Below are positions 12,968 to 24,739 of a stretch of DNA of 64,000 bases, in pieces (position 1 is the first letter of the stretch; each line of letters begins with the position of its first letter). Location of the stretch: assembly GCA_030390025.1 (NCBI GenBank), contig CM059431.1, positions 147,438,001 to 147,502,000 on the forward strand, written 5' to 3'. Under the pieces are notes generated by a model. It saw nothing but the letters and a program-made list of their open reading frames with translations, made no database searches and was not told the origin of the DNA. A program made the translations under genes and the position numbers. Origin of the DNA: Squalus acanthias (Eukaryota).

Positions 12968-13039
12968 TCTTGAACACTTTTGTTTACTGGTCATGAAAAA
13001 TATTGGAGGTGGGGATAAAAGGGCTGTTTGACTGACAGC

Positions 13040-13175
13040 CAGGAATAATCCAATCGGGTAACGAAGAGTCTGTTCACTTTCCGATTGGCTATGGGACGCC
13101 GTGAAGATGGGCGTTTCGGTCGACCAATGGCGGGAGTGTGGGGTGAGGGAGGCGTTGGCGGTTGGAGGCGGGAGG
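13040..13175. promoter_or_regulatory. Cluster of three CCAAT boxes with GGCGGGA motifs (promoter-like)
   Basis: CCAAT near 13050, ATTGG near 13084, CCAATGGCGGGA near 13124 and GGCGGGA near 13168, in unique CpG-containing DNA. Confidence 0.3.
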
Positions 13176-13244
13176 TCAGGTGATGAAACCTCCTGGGACA
13201 GGTCCAGCCAGATTTGGCAACCACCGCTGCAGAGGATACACAAG

Positions 13245-13538
13245 TCACAGAGTCATAACGGCACAGAAGGAGGCCATTCGGCCCATCGAGTCCACGCCGG
13301 CTCTCTGTAGAGCAATCCAGTCAGTCCCATTCCCCCGCTCTATCCCTGTAGCCCTGCAAGATTATTTCCCTCAAGTGCCTATCCAGTCTCCCCTTTGAAA
13401 ACATTGAGTGTCTCCGCTTCCACCACTTCCGTCGGCAGCGAGTTCCAGGTCCTCACCACTCGCTGCGTAAAAAAGTTTTCCCTCACATCCCCCCCTGTAT
13501 CTCTTGCCCAAAATCTTAAATCTGTGTCCCCTAGTCCC
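13245..13538 (-). mobile_element. CR1 3' fragment cut by the LTR at 13539
   Basis: Near-identical to 2875-3160 and stops abruptly at the TG of the LTR. Confidence 0.85.
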
Positions 13539-14238
13539 TGTTGTACGTTTTTTTATTTCAACGTGCATTAAATTGACAGCAAGACCAATTCTTTTGAAAC
13601 AATTTGGAATAAGTTTATTCAGCACACAAACTCATGCAAGTTTATTAAACACACACACTCATGCACATCAAAACAATAGCCTACTGGTATCCTCTGACTC
13701 TACACGATTACAACTGGTAAGGTAATGGGTTAGATTTACACAGACTAGTACTTCCCTGAGTTAGGCAATGCATGCGGCCTTTTTCCTTGCTTCTTGGTCT
13801 GGTCTGTAGAGGGAGAGCTTCTTGTTCTTCCACGTGGTCATCGAGAGAAAGAGAGAGAGAGAGAGCCTTTGGTTCCTTGTTTTTATATCCTTTTAAAGTC
13901 CATTGTCTTCTAGTTTAGATTCTTAAGACGCCACAATTGGGTCTTAGATTCTGGCCGTTTTTGATTGGCTTTCCTTTGAACATGTGACCGTCTGCAGTGG
14001 CTGGTGCCATTTCTTGCTTAAGTTAATTGTTTGTTGACAGCTTTTAATGGCTCTTGAGTTTCGATGGTGAGTTTCGATGGTGTCTCTGTGGGGGGTTATC
14101 CTGTTATGCAGGTTTGCTTTGTTAAGTTTCGCGCTGTTGCCTTACCCAGGGGAGATCTATACACAAATTTATCTTTATCTTATATATTAATAGTCTCGAG
14201 TCCATCACACATACAAAACACATATTTTTCTTCTGACA
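13539..14238 (-). mobile_element. 3' LTR (700 bp) of an LTR retroelement / ERV
   Basis: TG...CA ends; minus-strand TATAAAAA near 13885 and AATAAA near 13615; purine tract AAGGCGGGGAA just upstream on the minus strand. Confidence 0.75.
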
Positions 14239-14286
14239 GATTCCCCGCCTTGAGGGGGAAATATCTTTATTGACCCTTCATTTGGT

Positions 14287-14722
14287 TTATCTCCTCAGGG
14301 CTCGCATATGCTGGTTGAGTTTCCTAAGGAGTTTTCTCAGGTAGCAGATCATGATGATCCCCACCACTGCAATTATGGCTTGTGCCAGTATCATAAGCAT
14401 TGAGAGGGTTCTGAGCCAGGGCTGTTGTCCTACATTATACATTGTTTCCCACCATGGGCTGGCTCCTAGCTTTTGTATAGCTCTGCTGTTTACGGCATTG
14501 TTCTGTGTCATCTGTATCCGTTTCATGATCCGGTGGGAAACAAGATCAGTGTAGTATTTACTCTTTGGCAGTTTTTAACTGGTTAATATGATGCCATTTC
14601 TTGTACTTAACACCCTTTTTCCCCGGTAACTGAATCAAATAAACCGCGGGGTTCAATCGGTCTACAATCGAATGCTGTCCCCACCACCCGGGCTCAAAGG
14701 CACGCTTCTTTTTCCCATAATT
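14287..14722 (-). pseudogene. Retroelement internal remnant: integrase C-terminus (14558-14722) followed by an env-like transmembrane ORF (14287-14526)
   Basis: Manual translation NYGKKKRAFEPGWWGQHSIVDRLNPAVYLIQLPGKKGVKYKKWHHINQLKTAKE* (GPY/F-SH3-like tail); 79-aa ORF with PWW..PWLR, a hydrophobic helix and a basic tail. Confidence 0.7.
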
Positions 14723-14724
14723 TG

Positions 14725-15117
14725 GGGTTTACAGTGGGAGGGGCAGAGTAACTGAGGGGCGGGGTTTACAGTGGGAGGGGCAAGGGGAACTGAGGGGTGG
14801 GGTTTACAGTGGGAGGGGCAAGGGGAACTGAGGGGTTGGGTTTACAGTGGGAGGGGCAGAGTAACCGAGGGGTGGGGTTTACAGTGGGTGGGGCAAGGGG
14901 AACTGAGGGGCGGGGCTTACAGTGGGAGGGGCAAGGGTAACTGGGGTTAGGTTTACAGTGGGAGGGGCAAGGGGAACTGAGGGGCGGGGTTAACAGTGGG
15001 AGGGTCAAGGGTAACTGAGGGGCGGGGTTAACAGTGGGAGGGTCAAGGGTAACTGAGGGGCGGGGTTAACAGTGGGTGGGTCAAGGGTAACTGTGAGGGG
15101 CGGGGTTAACAGTGGGC
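14725..15117 (+). repeat. G-rich 37-38-bp minisatellite, about 10.5 copies, G-quadruplex prone
   Basis: Unit GGGGTTTACAGTGGGAGGGGCAAGGGGAACTGAGGGGC with up to five G-tracts. Confidence 0.9.
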
Positions 15118-15249
15118 AGATGGCCAGGAGCACATTGGAATAGTTGAGTCTGAAGGCAAGAGAGGCATGGATGAAACAAGGGTGAGAATTTTAAATGCGG
15201 GACATTTAAACTCAAACTCGTTAGATTGCCTCCATTTAGTCACTTGCTC

Positions 15250-16980
15250 CTAGTCAACGGATGGCATGTTCTGATCGCCCTGGGCCTGGTTAAAATTGGT
15301 GAGGAGCGGCCAGTTAATTCGTGGATGGTGTTTCTTCATGTGGGCAGCAATGGCTTCAACAGTCGGCCCGAATTCGATCACACTGTTCTTCCTGGAGCCG
15401 TTGTCATACTCGTATCCTCCAGCGTGCATCCCCACAAGCTCACCAGAGAAATTGAACACGGGGGAACCAGAAGCACCATGGAAGAAGCAAGTATTGTAGG
15501 TAATCCTGTCTGAACTTCGCATTTCACTGAACGTGCACTTAGTGCCAACTTGGAAGAAGAGTGGATGATTGTAAACTTCCACCTCTCGTTGTTCGAGAGA
15601 GATGACGATGCAAGTGTCGGTGGATTTGGGAACCCCACCAGGGTGACCTATAATGTAGACCACTCCATTCTGGGGCGGGGTGGTTGCCCTGGGTGACACA
15701 CCTGGCGGAAGACCTGGTCCTTGGCCATCAGGGACCTCCAGTCTCAGCAGCGCATAGTCAAGATCTCGGCAGTAGACTTCGAGCCATGGATGAACTTTGT
15801 ACCAGCCACTGGTCGGATGCTCATCTTTGTAGGTGAAGCTTATCTCAGTAGACTTCTGTATTATGGCTCCCCACTCACCCTCAGGCACCCCGTCCCCTAC
15901 GATCATCTCCACCACGTGGTAACATGTCAGAATGTAGTGGTCACCGAGGTGGAAGCAGGAGGCGAAACCTTGCTTCCCATTGTTACTCCATCTGACAAAT
16001 CCAACGGACTCGCTCAATTGCACCAGCATCTCGTGGGCCCTAATGGTAACGGCATCACTCGTGATCTTCCCAAAGTTTTCCTTGAACACGTTCCATTGCT
16101 TGCAATTCACCTTCCTGTCTCTTTCCTTTCCCAAATATTCATCAACCTCCTCTTTCAGCTTGCGGAGCAGCTCGTTCCCTTCTCCTGCCACATTCCTCTC
16201 CTCTTGGCTCTCGCTTGGGTCGGCACCGCCTGCCTTACTCCCTGCTTGATACTTCTTGCTGCTCAGTTCAACTTCAAAGTGTCGGCTGTGAAGGTCATTC
16301 ACGGTGAGGGTGAACTGAAGAGACGTCTGCCCTTCGAGCAGGTTCCACATATTGTCATTAATTTCGGACAAGAACCTCCCGTCCTCGCACAGAGCCTCTC
16401 AGATAGTCTCGCCCTCCAAAGCGAAAATGCACAGGTCACATCCATCGCCTCCCAGCGATTCGGACTTGATGATACGTCTGGCTCCTGTGCTAAGTTTGCC
16501 AGATGATTTTCCAGTGCTCCGGACGTGGAATATAACGCACTGCTTACCTAAGGAGTTGGCATTCCGATAGCATAACTCACTGTTATTTCGGAAGAATATC
16601 ACTTCGAAATGGGCTTTCCGTGGCAGACATTTGCAAGGCATCCCTAGGTTGACAGCACCCGTGAACTCTCTCTTCCCAATTACATGGAATTCCTTCCCCT
16701 TGTTTTTCTCTTCTTCCTTGAACGCCTCGGAAGACTTCAGAGCAGAAAGCAAATTCTCGTCCGGTGCCCCTCTCGCCACGTGCTCCGTGCTGTCCCTTTG
16801 GAAACTGAACATGAACTCTTTCACTCTGTCCTCTTCACTGTGATCTGCAACCTTGCCCATGGTCGCCTCTGGCATTTTACCCATGTCGTTTGAGGCATTT
16901 CGTGCAGAGAGAGGTTCTCGCTTTTCGGTGTGGGCCTTTTCACCCGGCACTGGAGTGGGAGGTTGATTTGTATCTTTCTC
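15250..16980 (-). pseudogene. FAM111A: FAM111A-like serine protease: large terminal exon (2 UBL domains + trypsin-like domain) with one in-frame TGA at 16399-16401
   Basis: ORFs 16399-16950 and 15250-16371 share a frame. Motifs NLGMPCKCLP, LCIFALEGETI*EALCEDGRFLS, ILTCYHVV, LDYALL, IIGHPGG and ITYNTCFFHGASGSPVF. Acceptor TTCCTCTCCTCTCCAG| at 16981, phase 0. A versus B orthology is not resolved. Confidence 0.88.
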
Positions 16981-17021
16981 CTGGAGAGGAGAGGAAAGTC
17001 ATAATTGAGTGGAACTGAAAT

Positions 17022-20000
17022 GGAACAGGAGCAGGCCATTCAGCCCCTCGAGCCTGTTACACAGGAACAGGAGGAGGCCATTCAGCCCCTCGAGCCTGTT
17101 ACACTGGAACAGGAGGAGGCCATTCAGCCCCTCGAGCCTGTTACACAGGAACAGGAGGAGGCCATTCAGCCCCTCGAGCCTGTTACACAGGAGCGGGAGG
17201 AGGTCATTCAGCCCCTCGAGCCTGTTACACAGGAACAGGAGGAGACCATTCAGATCTAAAACCTGTTACACAGGAACAGGAGGAGGCCATTCAGCCCCTC
17301 GAGCCTGTTACACAAGAACAGGAGGAGGCCATTCAGCACCTCAAGTCTGTTACACAGGAACAGGAGGAGGCCGTTCAGCCCCTCGAGCCTCTTACACAGG
17401 AACAAGAGGAGGCCATTCAGCCCCTCGAGCCTGTTACACAGGAACAGGAGGAGTCCATTCAGCCCCTCGAGCCTGTTACACAGGAACAGGAGGAGGCCGT
17501 TCAGCCCCTCGAGCCTCTTACACAGGAACAAGAGGAGGCCATTCAGCCCCTCGAGCCTGTTAACAGGAACAGGAGGAGGCCATTCAGCCCCTCGAGCCTG
17601 TTACACCGGAACAGGAGGAGGCCATTCAGCCCCTCGAGCCTGTTACACCGGAACAGGAGGTGGCCATTCAGCCCCTCAAGCCTGTTACTCAGGAAGAGGA
17701 GCAGGCCATTCAGCCCCTCGAGCCTCTTACATAGGAACAGAAGGAGGCCATTCAGCCCCTCGACCCTCTTACATAGGAACAGAAGGAGGCCATTCAGCCC
17801 CTTGGGCCTGTTACACAGGAACAGGAGGAGGCCATTCAGCCCCTCGAGCCTGTTACACAGGAACAGGAGGAGGCCATTCAGCCCCTCGAGCCTGTTACAC
17901 ACGAAAAGGAGGAGGTCATTCAGTCCCCTCGAACCTCTTACACAGGAACAGGAGGAGGCCATTCAGCCCCTCGAGCCTGTTACACATGAACAGGAGGAGT
18001 CGGTTCAGCCCCTCGAGCCTGTTACACAGGAACAGGAGGAGGTCATTCAGCCCCTCAAGCCTCTTACACAGGAACAGGAGGAGGCCATTCAGCCTCTCGA
18101 GCCTGTTACACAGGAACAGGAGGAGGACATTCAGCCCCTTGAGTCTGTTACACAGGAACAGGAGGAGGCCCATTCAGCCCCTCGAGAATGTTACACAGGA
18201 ACAGGAGGAGGCCATTCAGCCCTTCGAGCTGTTACACAGGAACAGGAGGAGGCCATTCAGCCCCTCGAGCCTCTTACATAGGAACAGGAGGAGGCCATTC
18301 AGCCCCTCAAACTTCTTGCACAGGAACAGGATCAGGCCAGGCAGCCCCTCGAGCCTCTTACATAGGAACAGGATCAGGCCATTCAGCCCCTCGAACCTCT
18401 TACATAGGAACAGGAGGAGGTCATTCAGTCCCCTCGAACCTCTTACACAGGAACAGGAGGAGGCCATTCAGCCCCTCGAGCCTGTTACACATGAACAGGA
18501 GGAGTCCGTTCAGCCCCTCGAGCCTGTTACACAGGAACAGGAGGAGGTCATTCAGCCCCTCAAGCCTCTTACACAGGAACAGGAGGAGGCCATTCAGCCT
18601 CTCGAGCCTGTTACACAGGAACAGGAGGAGGACATTCAGCCCCTTGAGTCTGTTACACAGGAACAGGAGGAGGCCCATTCAGCCCCTCGAGAATGTTACA
18701 CAGGAACAGGAGGAGGCCATTCAGCCCTTCGAGCTGTTACACAGGAACAGGAGGAGGCCATTCAGCCCCTCGAGCCTCTTACATAGGAACAGGAGGAGGC
18801 CATTCAGCCCCTCAAACTTCTTGCACAGGAACAGGATCAGGCCAGGCAGCCCTCGAGCCTCTTACATAGGAACAGGATCAGGCCATTCAGCCCCTCGAAC
18901 CTCTTACATAGGAACAGGAGGTGGCCATTCAGCCCCTTGAGCCTGTTACACGGGAACAGGAGGAGGCCATTCAGCCCCTCGAGTCTGTTACACAGGAACA
19001 GGAGGAGGCCATTCAGCCCCTCGAGACTGTTACACGGGAACAGGATCAGGCCATTCAGCCCCTCGAGCCTGTTACACAGGAACATGAGGAGGCCATTCAG
19101 CCCCTCGATCCTGTTACACAGGAACAGGAGGAGGCCATTCAGCACCTTGAGTCTGTTACACAGCAACAAGAGGGGGCCATTCAGCCCCTCAAGCCTCTTA
19201 CACAGGAACAGGAGGAGGCCAGTCAGCCACTTGAGCCTGTTACACAGAAACAGGAGGAGGCCATTCAGCCACTCAAGCCTGTTACACAGGAACAGGAGGT
19301 GGTCATTCATCCCCTCGAGCTGTTACACAGGAACAGGAGGAAGCCATTCAGCCCCTCGAGCCTCTTACATAGGAACAGAAGGAGGCCATTCAGCCCCTCA
19401 ACCCTCTTACATAGGGACAGCAGGAGGCCATTGAGCCCCTCGAGCCTGTTACACAGAAACAGAAGGAGGCCATTCAGTCCCTCGAGCCTGTTACACAGGA
19501 ACAGGAGGAGGCCATTCAGCCCCTTGGGCCTGTTACACAGGAACAGGAGGAGGCCATTCAGACCCGCGAGCCTCTTACACAGGAACAGGAGGAGACCATT
19601 CAGTCCGTCGAGCCTGTTACACACGAACAGGAGGAGTCCGTTCAGCACCTCGAGCCTGTTATAGACAGGAACAGGAGGAGGCCATTCAGCCCCTCGAACT
19701 TCTTGCACAGGAACAGGATCAGGCCATTCAGCCCCTCGAGCCTCTTACATAGGAACAGGATCAGGCCATTCAGCCCCTCGAACCTCTTATACAAGAACAG
19801 AAGGAGGCCATTCAACCCTTGAGCCACTTACACATGAACAGGAGGAGGTCATTCAGCCCCTCGAGCCTGTTACAGACAGGAACAGGAGGAGGCCATTCAG
19901 CCCCTCGAGTCTGTTATACAGGAACAGGAGGAGGCCTTTCAGCCCCTCGACCCTGTTACACAGGAACAGTAGGAGGCCATTCAGCTCCCTCAAGTCTGTT

Positions 20001-21275
20001 TCACAGGAACAGGAGGAGGCCATTCTGCTCCCTCGAGCCTGTTACACAGGAAGAGGCCATTCAACCCCTCGAGCCTGTTACACAGGAACAGGAGGAGGCC
20101 ATTCAGCCCCTCAAGTCTGTTACACGGGAACAGGAGGAGGCCATTCAGCCCCTTGAGCCTATTACACAAGAACAGGAGGAGGCCCTTCAGACTCTCAAGC
20201 CTGACACTGGAACAGGAGGAGGCCATTCAGCCCCTCGAGCCTCTTGCACAGGAACAGGAGGAGGCCCATTCAGCCCGTCGAGCCTCTTACACAGGAACAG
20301 GAGGAGGCCCTTCAGACTCTCAAGCCTGACACATGAACAGGAGGAGGCCATTCAGCCCCTCGAGCCTGTTACACAGGAACAGGAGGAGGCCATTCAGCCC
20401 CGCGAGCTTGTTACACAGGAACAGGTGGAGTCCATTCATCCCCTCGAGCCTGTTACACAGGAACAGGAGGAGGCCATTCATCCCCTCGAGCCTGTTACAC
20501 ATGAACAGGAGGAGGCCATTCAGCCCCTCGAGCCTCTTACACAGGAACAGGAGGAGGCCATTCAACCCCTCGAGCACTTGCACAGGAACAGGATCAGGTC
20601 ATTCAGCCCCTCGAGCCTCTTACAAAGGAACAGGAGGAGGCCATTCAGACAGGAACAGGAGGGGGCCATTCAGCCCCTCGAGCCTGTTTCAGAGGAAGAG
20701 GAGGAGGCCATTCAGCCCCTTGAGCCTGTTACACAGGAACAGAAGGAGGCCCTTCAGACTCTCGAGCCTGACACTGGAACAGGAGGAGGACATTCAGCCC
20801 CTTGGGCCTGTTACACACGAACAGGAGGAGGCCATTCAGCCCCTCGAACTTCTTGCACAGGAACAGGATCAGGCCATTCAGCCCCTTGAGCCTCTTACAT
20901 AGGAACAGGGTCAGGCCATTCAGCCCCTCGAACCTCTTACATAGTAACAGGAGGTGGCCATTCAGCCGCTCGAGCCTGTTACACAGGAACAGGAGGAGGC
21001 CATTCAGCCCCTCGAGCCTGTTACACAGGAACAGTAGGAGGCCATTCAGCTCCCTCAAGTCTGTTGCACAGGAACAAGAGGAGGCCATTCAGCCTCCTCG
21101 AACCTGTTACACAGGAACAGGAGGAGGCCATTCAGCCCCTCGAGCCTGTTACACATGAACAGGAGGAGGCCATTCAGTCCCTCGAGCCTGTTGCACAGGA
21201 ACAGCAGGAGGCCATTCAGCCCCTCGAGCCTGTTACACAGGAACAGGAGGAGGCCATTCAGCCCCTCGAGCCTGT
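17022..21275. repeat. 42-bp minisatellite array (about 100 units) derived from a CR1 3' UTR; includes a 505-bp higher-order duplication
   Basis: Unit GAACAGGAGGAGGCCATTCAGCCCCTCGAGCCTGTTACACAG; last unit runs into ordinary CR1 3' UTR (CCTGTTCCGTCATTCAAT); variant pattern repeats at 17916 and 18421. Confidence 0.95.
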
Positions 21276-24200
21276 TCCGTCATTCAATTACATCATGGAC
21301 CAGTCTTCATTCCCTAAACCTTAATATCCTTGCCTAACAAAAATCTCTCAATCTCTGTTTCGAAATTTTCAATTGACTCCCCCAGCCTCAACAGCTTTTT
21401 GGGCGATAGAGTTCCATATTTCCACTACCCTTTGTGTGAAGAAATGCTTCCTGACATCACCCCTGAACGGCCTGGCTCTAATTTTAATGTTATGCCCCCT
21501 TGTTCTGGACTCCCCCCACCAGAGGAAATAGTTCCCCTCTATCTACCCCATCAACTCATTTAATCATCTCAATCACCTCAATTAGATCGCCCCTTAATCT
21601 TCTAAACTATAGGTAGCTTTTTGATCAGGAAGAGTGATCCTATTAAACAGTAAATCAGGAGCTGCCAAGTGGCACCAGCCAGTGTAGCACTATTACCATA
21701 CGGACCAGAATGTCCCAGGTTCTATTGTCTGTCTGAGCTAATCTCACTTTAGGCTGTGGTGGAGCCACTGCAATTAGTTTCAGCACCTCTGGGCTAGGGA
21801 ATGGAGGAAAAAAATACTACACAGAATTTACAGCACAGAAACAGGTCATTGGGCCCAACTGGTCCATCCCGGTGTTTATGTACCACATGAGCCTCCTCCC
21901 ACCCTACTTCATCTCACCCTATCACAGTAGATCCTTCAACTCCTTTCTCCCTCATGTGCTGATCTAGATCCCCGTTAAATGCAGCAGTGGCTGAGGTGCC
22001 AAATGAGCACTTTGCATCTGTCTTCACCAAATATCACAGTAAAGAACATAAGAACAAAAGAAATAGGAGCAGGAGTCGGCCATTCGGCCCTTCGAGCCCG
22101 CTCCGCCACTCAATAAAATCATGGTTGGTCTTCGACCTCAACTCCACTTTCCCGCCCGATCCCCATATCCCTTGATTTGCCTGAAGTCCAAAAATCTATT
22201 GATCTCAGCCTTGAATATACTCAAAGACTGTGGGTGAAAAAGATTCTCCTCCAATCCCCTCTAAACCTCCTACCAATTACTTTAAATCTATGCTCCCTGG
22301 TTATTGACCCCTCTGCTGAGGGAAATAGGTCCTTCCTATCCACTCTATCTAGGCCCCTCATAATTTTACACACCTCAACTAGGTCTCCCCTCAGCCTCCA
22401 CTGTTCCAAAGAAAACAACCCCAGCCTATCCAATCTTTCCTCATAGCTAAAATTCCCCAGCCCAGACAACATCCTCGTAAATCTCCTCTGCACCCTCTCT
22501 GGTGCAATCACATCCTTCCTGTAACGTGGTGACCAGAACTGTACGCAGTATTCCAGCTGAGGCCTAACTAGTGTTTTGTACAGTTCAAGCATAACCCCCC
22601 TGTTCTTATATTCTATGACTCGGCTAATAAATGCAAGTATCCCATATGCCTTCTTAACCACCTTATCTACCTGGCCTGCTACCTTCAGGGATCTGTGGAC
22701 ATGCACTCCTCAGTATCCTACCATTTATTGTGTATTTCCTTTCCTTGTTAGCCCTCCCCAAATGCATTACCTCACACTTCTCCGGATTGAATTCCATTTG
22801 CCACTGTTCTGCCCACCTGACCAGTCCATTGATATCTTCCTGCAGGCTGCAGTTTTCTTCTTCATTATCAACCACACGGACAATTTTTGTATCCTCTGCA
22901 AATTTCTCAATCATACTTCCTACATTCAAGTCCAAATCATTGATATATACCACAAAAAGCAAATGACCCAGTACTGAGCCCTGCAGAACCCCACTGGAAA
23001 CAGCCATCCAGTCACAAAAACATCCATCGACCATAACCCTTTGTTTCCTGCCTCTGAGCCAATTTCGCATCCAACTTTCCACTTTCCCTTGAATCCCATG
23101 GGCTTTTACTTTCGTGACCAGTCTGCCATGCAGCACCTTGTCAAAAGCCTTGCTAAGGTCGGTTTGATGAACTTGATTGAGTTCTTTGATGAAGTAATGG
23201 AGAGTGTTGATGAGGGTAATGCGGTTGATGTTGTGTATATGGACTTTCAAAAGGCGTTTGATAAAGTACTGCATCTTCGACTTGGTCACAAAATTGAAGC
23301 CCATGGGATTAAAGGGGCAGTGACTGCGAGGATACAAAGTTAGCTAAGGGAAAGAAAGCAGAGAGCAGCAGTGAACGGTTGTTTGTCAGACTGGAGGGAA
23401 GTGTGCAGTGGTGTCCCCCAGGGGTCAGTATTGGGACCACTGCCCTTTTTGATATATATTAATGACCTGGACCTGGGTATAAAGAGCAGAATTTCAAAGT
23501 TTGCAGATGAAACGAAACTCAGAAATGTTGTAAACAGTGAGGAGAACAACAGACTTCAGGAGGACACAGACTGGTGAAATGGGCGGACACATGGCAGATT
23601 AAATTCAATGCAGATAAGTATGAAGTGATTTATTTTGGTACAAAAAATGAGGAGAGGCAATATAAACTAAATGGTACAATTTTAAAGGGGTACAGGAACA
23701 GAGAGACCTGGGGGTATATAAGAACATAAGAAATAGGAGCAAGAGTCGGCCATTCGGCCCCTCGAGCCTGCTCCGCCATTCAGCAAGATCATGGCTGATC
23801 TTCTACCTCAACTCCACCTTCCCGCACTATCCCCATATCGCTTGATTCCCATAATATCCAAAAATCTATCGATCTCTGTCTTGAATATACACAACAACTG
23901 AGCCTCCACAGCCCTCTGGGGTAGAGAATTCCAAAGATTCACCACCCTCTGAGTGAAGAAATTTCTCCTCATCTCAGTCCGAAATGGCCGACCCCTTATT
24001 CTGAGACTGTGACCCCTGGTTCTAGACTTCCCAGCCAGGGGAAACATCCTCCCTGCATCTACCATGTCAAGCCCTGTAAGAATTTAGTATATTTCAATGA
24101 GCTCACCTCTCATCCCTCTAAACTCTGGAGAATATGGGCCTAGTCTACTCAATCTCTCCTCACAGGAAAATGCCCCCATCCCAGGAACCAGTCTGGTGAA

Positions 24201-24515
24201 CCTTCGTTGCACTCCCTCTGTGGCAAGTATATCCTTCCTTAGGTAAGGAGACCAGAACTGTACACAATACTCCAGGTGTGGTCTCACTAGGGCCCTATAT
24301 AATTGCAGTAAGACATCTTTACTCTTATACTCAAATCCTCTTGTAATAAATATATGCACACAAGTCTTTGACGGTGGCAGGACAAGTTGAGAAGACTGTT
24401 CAAAAGACCTACAGGATTCTTGGCTGCATAAATAAAGGCTTAGAGTACAAAAGCAAGGAAGTTATGCTAAACCTTTATAAAACACAGGCTGGTCCTCATG
24501 GAGTATTGTGGCCAA
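21276..24515. mobile_element. Cluster of nested CR1 fragments on both strands plus a possible SINE relic (about 21660-21815)
   Basis: RT motifs on minus (22040-23157, 23722-24350) and plus (23163-23720, 24350-24515) strands. Confidence 0.85.
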
Positions 24516-24574
24516 TGACTATTTACAAGTAACTGCAGTGAAGGTGACCTTCAGAAAGCAACGTACATTCTTAC

Positions 24575-24650
24575 TTCTGAAGTTCTGCCTTTTGGATTTC
24601 CTGCAATGTTTCTGTGGTTATCACTGGAATAACGACAGACTGTAATATCC
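24575..24650 (-). other. Candidate internal exon (76 nt)
   Basis: Unique DNA between repeats; acceptor TCATTGTCTTTCAG| and donor GAA|GTAAGA. Confidence 0.5.
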
Positions 24651-24739
24651 CTGAAAGACAATGATTAATAAGCATGAATAAAATACAGTGATATGGTGGT
24701 CAGAGATGTAGACCTTATAGGAAGGAACACAGGAACAGG

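Noticed and set aside
16399..16401. Selenocysteine recoding of the FAM111 TGA
   Set aside because: The aligned human residue is Lys rather than Cys, no SECIS is evident in the short 3' UTR, and the UGA-G context is not the UGA-CUAG readthrough motif
15721..16506. 261-aa plus-strand ORF overlapping FAM111
   Set aside because: Antisense shadow of the real frame with no ATG start and no recognisable motif
17005..21337. Long repetitive ORFs (EQEEAIQPLEPVTQ, LLHRNRRRPFSPSS, LEGLNGLLLFLCNR)
   Set aside because: Artefacts of a stop-free 42-bp unit; frames switch at frequent indels; origin is a CR1 3' UTR
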